Of a stretch of DNA of 32,750 bases, positions 10,051 through 18,300 are shown in pieces. Source of the DNA: an archaeon (GTDB lineage Archaea > Undinarchaeota > Undinarchaeia > Undinarchaeales > JBDRKL01); assembly GCA_043814055.1 (NCBI GenBank), contig JBDRKL010000011.1, forward strand, positions 1 to 32,750, read 5' to 3'. Position 1 is the first letter of the stretch; each line of letters starts with the position of its first letter. Under the pieces are notes generated by a model, which searched no databases, was not told the origin of the DNA, and saw only the letters and a program-made list of their open reading frames with translations. Made by a program: the position numbers and the translations under genes.

Positions 10051-10108
10051 GACACAAAGCAAAGCTTCGTGTTCATTTCAAAGCTGGTGAAATGGAGGGA
10101 ACTTTGAA
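10047..10108 (+). repeat. Structured intercistronic element copy 3 (short hairpin A+B); 21-aa mini-ORF 10047-10112
   Basis: ATGAGACACAAAGCAAAGCTTCGTGTTCAT (10047-10076) plus TTCAAAGCTGGTGAAATGGAGGGAACTTTGAA (10077-10108). Confidence 0.9.
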
Positions 10109-11047
10109 ATGACTGAAAAAGAACCAATGCGCAAGGCATACGGAGAAGCGTTAGTCGAGCTCGGCAAGGAAAATGAGAACGTAGTAGTGCTTGACGCAGA
10201 TCTTTCCTGCTCAACCCAGACAAAAATCTTCGCAAAGGAATTCCCAGAGCGCTTTTTCAACCTTGGAATCGCAGAGCAGAACCTTGCGGTCACAGCTGCT
10301 GGGTTTGCAAGCGCTGGCAAAATCCCATTTATGAGCACTTTCTCAGTTTTCGCACCAGGAAGATGCTATGACCAAATCCGAGTCAGCATTTCATACTCAA
10401 ATCTGCCTGTGAAAATCGTTTCAACACACGGCGGAATCACAACTGGGGAAGACGGGCATACGCATCAGGCCTTGGAAGACATTGGAATGCTCCGCGCGCT
10501 CCCCAACTTTAAGATTATGGTTCCGGCAGATGCGCTTGAAGTGAAACAAATGGTCAAAGCCAGCGTTGACTACAAAGGCCCGGTCTATATCAGAGTCAGC
10601 AGGATGAGTGTTCCGCGAATTTACCCGGATGATTACAAATTCAAGGACAGCGCAGACGTTCTGCGCAAAGGAAAAGATGTTTCAATAATCGCGTGCGGCC
10701 TAATGGTTAAGAACGCGCTGGACGCTGCAGAACTCTTGGAGAAAGAAAATATTAGCGCAGAAGTTGTGAACATGCACGTAATCTCCCCAATTGATGAAAA
10801 ACAAATCCTAAAAAGCGCAAAAACTTGTGGCGCAATAGTCACAGCAGAAGAACACAGCGTAACAACTGGTCTCGGAGCTGCAGTAGCTGAGATTTTGGTT
10901 GAGAATAATCCTGTTCCAATGGAGCGAGTCGGGGTTAAAAACAGGTTCGGGCAGAGCGGAAAGCCCGACGAGCTAATGAAAGAGTACAACCTGACCGCCG
11001 AGGATATAGTAAAAGCGGCGAAGAAAGTTGTGGGGCGGAAAAAATGA
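10109..11047 (+). CDS. Transketolase, C-terminal subunit
   Basis: LDADLS, GIAEQN, GEDGHTHQALED, EEHS...GLG, FGQSG. Confidence 0.96.
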   Translation: MTEKEPMRKAYGEALVELGKENENVVVLDADLSCSTQTKIFAKEFPERFFNLGIAEQNLAVTAAGFASAGKIPFMSTFSVFAPGRCYDQIRVSISYSNLPVKIVSTHGGITTGEDGHTHQALEDIGMLRALPNFKIMVPADALEVKQMVKASVDYKGPVYIRVSRMSVPRIYPDDYKFKDSADVLRKGKDVSIIACGLMVKNALDAAELLEKENISAEVVNMHVISPIDEKQILKSAKTCGAIVTAEEHSVTTGLGAAVAEILVENNPVPMERVGVKNRFGQSGKPDELMKEYNLTAEDIVKAAKKVVGRKK

Positions 11048-11259
11048 GCAACGTAGTTCTATGTCACCTCTGTGATAATAAAGAGATGAGGTCAGTAAGA
11101 GAAGTTTTGCACTGTTTCAGTTGCGGCTTAACGGTTGAGAAAGGCTCTGATATAAACGAGCTAAAGCATTGTGAAGGTTGCGCTGGTGAGTTTAAACCGG
11201 GAGTTGAATGGCGCTGTGCAAAGTGCAAGCGAACACGTTATACTCAAGGGAGGAAATAA
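11044..11259 (+). CDS. Small Cys-rich zinc-finger protein
   Basis: Four CxxC pairs in 71 aa; ATGA overlap with the transketolase stop; ends 2 nt before the transaldolase ATG. Confidence 0.8.
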   Translation: MSNVVLCHLCDNKEMRSVREVLHCFSCGLTVEKGSDINELKHCEGCAGEFKPGVEWRCAKCKRTRYTQGRK

Positions 11260-11261
11260 AA

Positions 11262-11906
11262 ATGAAATTTTTTATTGACTCTGCTAATTTAGATGATATC
11301 AAAGAAGCCCTGGCAATGGGAATGTGCGACGGAGTAACAACAAACCCTAGTCTCTGCGCGAAAGAGGGCAGGCAAATTGAGCCCTGCGTGAAGGAAATCG
11401 CGCGAATCGTTGATGGTCCAATCTCTGGAGAGGTCATCTCAACCGATTACAAGGGAATGGTTAAGGAAGGCGAGAAGATTTCCCAGTGGGCTGAGAACAT
11501 GGTTGTCAAGATACCAATGACAGTTGACGGCCTCAAAGCAGTGAAAGAGCTCGAGGAGAAGGGCATCAAGACTAATTGCACTCTAATTTTTAGCGCAAAC
11601 CAAGCTTTAATGGCTGCAAAAGCAGGCGCATCCTACGTTAGCCCGTTCGTTGGCAGGCTTGATGATATCGGCGAGGACGGGATGAAGCTCATAGAGGACA
11701 TAGTGCAAATCTACAAGAACTACGGGTTTGAGACCGAGGTTATAGTTGCGAGCGTTCGCAGCGGAGAGCACGTGAGAAGGTCTGCAGTTGCCGGGGCTCA
11801 TATAGCTACAATCCCTCTAAAAGTTGTGAAAGAGCTTGCCCAGCACGACTTGACAGATAAGGGATTAGCCAAATTTTTAGAGGATTACAAGAAGGTCTCT
11901 AAGTAA
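11262..11906 (+). CDS. tal: Transaldolase (Fsa/TalC type)
   Basis: MKFFIDSA, GVTTNPS, VVKIP, NCTLIFS, YVSPFVGRLDD, ASVR; GGGAGG upstream. Confidence 0.95.
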   Translation: MKFFIDSANLDDIKEALAMGMCDGVTTNPSLCAKEGRQIEPCVKEIARIVDGPISGEVISTDYKGMVKEGEKISQWAENMVVKIPMTVDGLKAVKELEEKGIKTNCTLIFSANQALMAAKAGASYVSPFVGRLDDIGEDGMKLIEDIVQIYKNYGFETEVIVASVRSGEHVRRSAVAGAHIATIPLKVVKELAQHDLTDKGLAKFLEDYKKVSK

Positions 11907-11921
11907 GTCGGTTTTGAAACA

Positions 11922-12321
11922 CGTAGTGCAACAAATATGCAGTTCTCAAACTTGACCAAAGGCATTGGGCTTGCTCGGTAGCACTGTAGCCTCATCTATT
12001 TCATGCAGCGCAGCGCCCCTCCGCCGCTTGGCGGAGGTGTAGTGCAATTTTTCATCAAATAACAAGCTTTATATAGCACTCTTGCCCATTTTCCAATTAC
12101 TTCCAGGCAGTAAAACATTGTAGTGCAAAAACTCCGCGGCCAGGCGGAGTTGTAGTGCAACGGGCCCCAAAATGGTATACAAGAAATACGTAACTAGAGA
12201 CGGAAAGAGGCATGGTCCTTATTATTATACTACAGTGCGAGACAAGGAGGGGAAGGTAAAAACTGTTTATTTGGGCTCTGACTTATCAAAAATCAAGAAG
12301 CAGCAAGCCAATGTAGTGCAA
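11922..12321 (+). repeat. Five direct GTAGTGCAA motifs, two preceded by a CTCCGC-N6-GCGGAG hairpin
   Basis: GTAGTGCAA at 11923, 12039, 12120, 12152 and 12313; hairpins at 12018-12037 and 12130-12151. Confidence 0.92.
12068..12075 (+). promoter_or_regulatory. Probable TATA box of the giant surface-protein gene
   Basis: TTTATATA preceded by purine-rich AAATAACAAG, about 100 nt upstream of ATG 12172. Confidence 0.55.
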
Positions 12322-15300
12322 CGAAATCAACGTTCAAAAACTCCAAAATCTACCAGCCCGCAGCTGAAATATATGGCAATCCCAGTTGCTGTCCTGTTCA
12401 TTTTCGCAATTCTTGTTTTCTCGCTCTCTTTATCCGAGCCAACAGCGTTTGACTCGCTTATGCCTGGAAAGCTCATAAGCGGTTTTACAACTTTCGGTGA
12501 GGAGGGTTTTGACCCTGAAACTCCTATTATGGACAGCGGAACCATCTTGCCAGTGGAAGCGAATGAGACAGAATCACATCCTCCTGCGCCAGAAACTCCT
12601 CCAGCATCAATACCCAAAACCTCAGGGGACGCGGATAGCATTACTGCCCTAATAGATGATTTGCTTGCACTACCTGAACAGGAAGTTCCTGCTGAGGAAT
12701 TAGCACCCGAAGCTCCGGCTGAAGAACCAGTCGGACCATCGCTAATGATGACTGCAGAAGAGTCAGCATACTTGCCACCGCTCCCAGCTGGAATTGACGA
12801 GGTGCCGCCGAACGGCTCAGACCCGTATTACATAAACGAAAATACAATTCTAAGACACGACACATACAATATAAATGTTACATCACTTCCCACAGCTCAG
12901 GCTGCGCTCTGGATAAACGCCTCTGACATCTATCTTGACTGCAACGGCTCAACAATAATGGGCAACGGTACTGGCTATGGTGTATATATAAACAGTTCGT
13001 TTTCAAACGTTGTAATCCGGAATTGCATATTATACAATTACAGCTATGGCATATTCGCAGAATCAAATAACTATCACCTTATAGCCAACAATACAGTTGA
13101 CTCAAATGCGAATCAGGGCATTTATCTTTACAATTCAAACTACAGTAATGTTACCAACTGCACAGCTATAAATAATTCTGAGCGTAGCCTGCAGTTCACT
13201 TACAGTTATTTTGCAAATGCAACCAATATCAATTTAACAACCATCTACTCCGCTCAGCAATTATATTTTGAAGGGAGTCACAACTGTTCAGTTTTCAACG
13301 CAACTGTGACTGGAGGCACTGACGTAATATTTTTGTCTGGCAGTACAAACAACACTTTTTCCAACATAACTACAAGTGGTGGCAACTACGGCTTCTATCT
13401 GGTTGGTTCAAGCAACAATACAATAAAAAATAGTTACATTCTTAATCAGGGTGACTATGGAATATATGTTATGGATTCTAATTCTATGGACAATCTTTTC
13501 TACAATAATTATCTTGCAAGCAATGCTGCTGGTGCTTGGGACGCCGGTACAAATGATTGGAACACTTCTGAGCAGACTGGTCCTAACATAATCGGCGGTG
13601 ATGATATCGGTGGTAATTATTATGACAATTACACTGGCTATGATTTGGATGGTGATGGTATAGGGGATACCCTTGATTATCCAATACCAGAATTTGGTTT
13701 AAACATAGATTACCTCCCACTAACCAACAATGTTACGCCCTGTGTGAATTTGACAAACGGTACAAGTCCTTATTATGTGAACGAGAGCACAACGCTCTGC
13801 GAAGGCCAGAGCGTGAATATAAATGTTTCAAATAATCAGGGTGCGCTCTGGTTCAACGCCTCAAATATATATCTTGACTGCAACGGCTCTACAATATTCG
13901 GAAACAACTCCTCTGCAGGGTTCGGCGTCTGGATTAATCAAAGCTTTGAAAACATCACAGTAAAGAATTGCGTGCTGCTCTATTATGACTTTGGCATAAT
14001 CGCCCAGTCAAATCACCATAATATTACGAACAATACAGTTATGGACAGTCCCAGTTATGGCATGTACCTTGAAAATAGCAACATAAGCAACATCACAAAC
14101 AACACCCTAATTAGAAGTGGTATGTATGGATTTTATATAACTTCAAGCAGTAGCACCAATGTTATAGAGGGTAACAATATCAGCAACAACACGCTTGATG
14201 GTATTCATATTAATGGAGATTCCGATTGGAATAATTTAACTAAAAATTTGATTTCGTATAATGGCAATGATGGCATTTACGTCTCACAGTGGTTTTATAC
14301 TGCCTCACAGAGCTTTTATACTACAATAAGTAACAATACAGTGAGTTTCAATTCTCTGACTGGAATCTATCTAGGTCAAGTCTCCGATCCAACGAGCCTA
14401 TCTTTTCTGGTTGTCCGAAACAATACCGTGATAAATAACTCGCAGTACGGTATCTTCCTGGATTATATTGTCCAAACCACTCTGGCGAACAACACAATTC
14501 AGGAAAACGCAGTAGCGGATTTGGCTATAAACGCAAATTCTGATGCTATTTGCAAGCACCTCGTGGAGAACAATACGGGCTCTAGTGGCGGGCAAATCTG
14601 GTTCAATAACACTTCTGTAAACATCCAAAATGTTGAGCTATCTGAGCTTATACTCTGCAATGCGGATTATTCAACTGTGACTAATGTGAATGTCAGCGGT
14701 TCTGATACGCTTTACAACAATTACATATTTACTGCAAGAGCCGCGAGCCTCGCGTTTTCTAATGTAAATTCTTCCTATAATTATCATGGAATCTTCTCTA
14801 GCTCTGGGAATTCCAACAATCTCAGCAATCTTACATTGTTAAATAACAGCAATATCGGGCTTTACATAACTGGCAACTCATTCATTGTGAACAACAGTAA
14901 TATTAGCGGCAACACGATTAATGGACTTTACATAAACAATAGCAAAACTGGCAATTTGATTTACAACAATTACCTCGCCAACACAAACAACACCTGGGAT
15001 GACGGCACAAATGATTGGAACACTTCTGAGCAGACTGGTCCGAACATAATCGGCGGGGTGGACATCGGCGGCAATTACTACAGCAATTATACTGGAACTG
15101 ATAGCGATGGTGATGGTATAGGAGATACTTTGGATTACTACATACCTGGTGGTTCAAACATAGATTACCTGCCGCTAACTAACAATGTTATCCCCTGTGT
15201 GAATTTGATAAACGGCACAACTCCATACTACGTGAATTCAAACACAACGCTCTGCGAAGGCCAGAGTGTAAATATAAATGCTTCAGGGGGTGAGAGTGCT

Positions 15301-18300
15301 TTGTGGATAAACGCTTCAGATATCTACCTTGACTGCAATGGTTCAGTCATATTTGGTGATAATGCGAGTGCTCCAAATGCTGCGAGTGGTATTTACGTGA
15401 ATGGTTCATTTTCTAATATTACGATAAGGAATTGTGTTGTGCATAGCTATTCTTCGGGTGTGTATCTTAACATGACTGAGGATAATACTTTGCAGAATAA
15501 TACTGTGTATTATGCTTATGCTGGTTTTAGGTTGATAGCTGCGAACAGGAGTAATCTCACGAATAATAACGCTACGCTCAACCAATTGGGTTTCTACCTC
15601 TCGGGCAGCAGCTCAAACAACACGCTTTCAAACAACAACGCAAACTTTAACAATGTTGCGCCGAGCGGCTGGGGCTTCTTTGTGGGGTCAGGTAGTAATG
15701 AGAATAACCTAACTAATAATAACGCCAGCTCAAATTTGATCACTGGCTTTTACATATACTCAAATAACAACAATGTCCTTAACAACAACGCCAGCTCAAA
15801 CACCAATTACGGAGTGCAGCTTCTAGCCGTTCAGGGTAACAATATTTCGGATAATACACTTCAAGAAAACGCTATCTATGACCTAGTGTTATCTATAAAT
15901 ATCCCAACTCACTGCCAGAACTACATTTCAGGGAACACTGGTTCCGGTGGCCGCCCGATATGGTTCAACAACACTTCAATAACTGTGCAAGATGTAGAGC
16001 TCTCAGAACTCATACTCTGCAATGCGGATAACTCCATACTCCTCAATGTCAATATATCAGGCTCAGCAACTTTGAACAACAACAACATAGATGCGTCGTT
16101 TGTGGATAATTCTAATTTTACGAATGTAAATTCATCTGGCAACTATCGCGGAATAGAAATGTATCATAGTACGTTCAATAATATATCTGGGGGTAATTTC
16201 TCCAACAATTTGTGGGGCATCTACCTCTGGAATACAAATAACACTACAGTCTTTAACAATAATGTGAGCGACAATACCCAGGCTGGGATAAAGCTTTCCA
16301 ACGAGGCCACTGACAATACAATCTACAATAATTATTTCAACAACACTAAAAATACATATGATTCCGGCACAAATGATTGGAACACTACGCAGCAGACTGG
16401 TCCGAACATAATCGGCGGGGTGGACATCGGCGGAAACTTCTACAGCAATTACACTGGAACTGATGATGATGGCGATGGTATAGGTGACATTCTGGATTAC
16501 TACATACCTGGTGGTTCAAACATAGATTACCTGCCGATAACTAATGAGATCACTTCCTGCGTAAATCTTACGAACGGCACAACTCCATACTACGTGAATT
16601 CAAACACAACGCTCTGCGCTGGCCAGAGCGTGAATACAAATGTTTCAAATGGCGAAGGCGCTTTTACAATAAGTGCAAATTCAATCTATCTCGACTGCAA
16701 TGGTTCAACAATATTCGGAAACGGTTCAGGCAATGGAATCTTGTTAAGTGGCGTTTACACCGAGGTTATAATCCGAAACTGCATACTACACGACTACAAC
16801 TACAGTGCTTACATCTCAGCAAGCAGTTCAAACAGCTTCTACAACAACACGTTTTATAACAGCACTCTGGACAATGTTTACATAGAGGGCCTATCCGGCT
16901 CAAACAATTTCACGAACAACACGCTTCATTCCGGAGGCCAGCGCGGAATTATGCTGAGCTCCGTGATGGACGGCAACATGTTCTATGATAACTTGATTTA
17001 CAACCACACTTCCACTGGCATAGTCATTGGTTCAGGCACAGACAATAACATTGTCTCCGGCAATAATGTGAGTGAAAACAGCGGCAATGGAATTCAGGTT
17101 CAGGGCAGTAGCAATACGATAGGCAACAATTACGTGGCTTCAAACAGCATTCACGGCTTTAACATTTCATCTCCTGGCTCCTATAATATACTCTCAAATA
17201 ACACGGCATTCAACAATTCCCAGGTTGGTTTCTACATTAGCTCCTCAAATTTCAACAATCTGACCAACAATACAATCTACAATAACTTGGATTATGGAAT
17301 CTATGTTGAGTCTGCAAATACCATAAATATCTCCAACTGCACATTCTGGAATAACACGGATGATACCTATACTTACGCCACGGAAGGCGAGACCTGGTTC
17401 CAGTCATCTACAAGCATAACTTTCTGGAACAACACTGTGATTGACACTCACAATACAGGCGTTTATTACAATTCAAGCAACGATTCAATAGTGGCGTTCA
17501 ACACGTTTTCGTCAAATGATGGAACTCCTAGCGCTATTTCAGCCCGCGAAACTGACAATGTAACTATCCACAATAACACGTTTGTCAATTTCACAGGCGG
17601 CGGCGTGTATAACATAGTCACCCAGATTTCAACAAACATCAACGTGTCCCAGAACAACTTCTCAAGCTCCCGCTGGGCAGTTGACTACAGGCAAACCAAT
17701 GACAGCTATATTGAAAACAACTTATTCTACACAAATTCTCTTGTGGGCATAATGGTCAGAAACGCAGCAAACAATATCACAATCCGCTACAACACGTTCT
17801 ATGACAACCTTACCAATTTTGGAATAGTCCTGATTAATACCACCAACAATGATGTCTATAACAACACACTTGAAACCAACAATGGACTTGACATATACGA
17901 CGAAGCCCACGGCAACTTAATCCACGACAACATGGTGAAGTTCAGCAGCTACGGGTTCTGGTTTGAGCTCACTGATGCATCCTATACCAACCAGAACAAT
18001 ACAATTTACAACAACACGTTCTACGATGGTATCTCATGCTTCTACGCCGACCTGCTCCGCGGCTCGGGCAACATATTTGAGAACAACACGCTCACAAACT
18101 GCAGCTACGCGGTGCGCGCGAACAACATGACAAATGGAAGTGCTGTTCGCATCAGATGGAACAATATCACGCAAACAAACATCTCAGTGTTCTATGCGCA
18201 GGCTGGCTCAGAATTGATAGTATACGACATGAATATTGATAGCTCTAATAACATGTCAGCAATATCCCAGACCGCCAGCACAATCCATCTGGTAAATATG

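Noticed and set aside
6813-10112. Bulge-helix-bulge introns
   Set aside because: No BHB motif was evident at the element ends, and the flanking genes are complete without splicing.
11922-12321. CRISPR array
   Set aside because: The repeat is only 9-18 nt, spacing is irregular, and there are no cas genes in the window.
13551-16710. Diversity-generating retroelement TR/VR pair
   Set aside because: The repeats are in-frame within one gene, differences are not confined to adenines, and no reverse transcriptase is present in the window.
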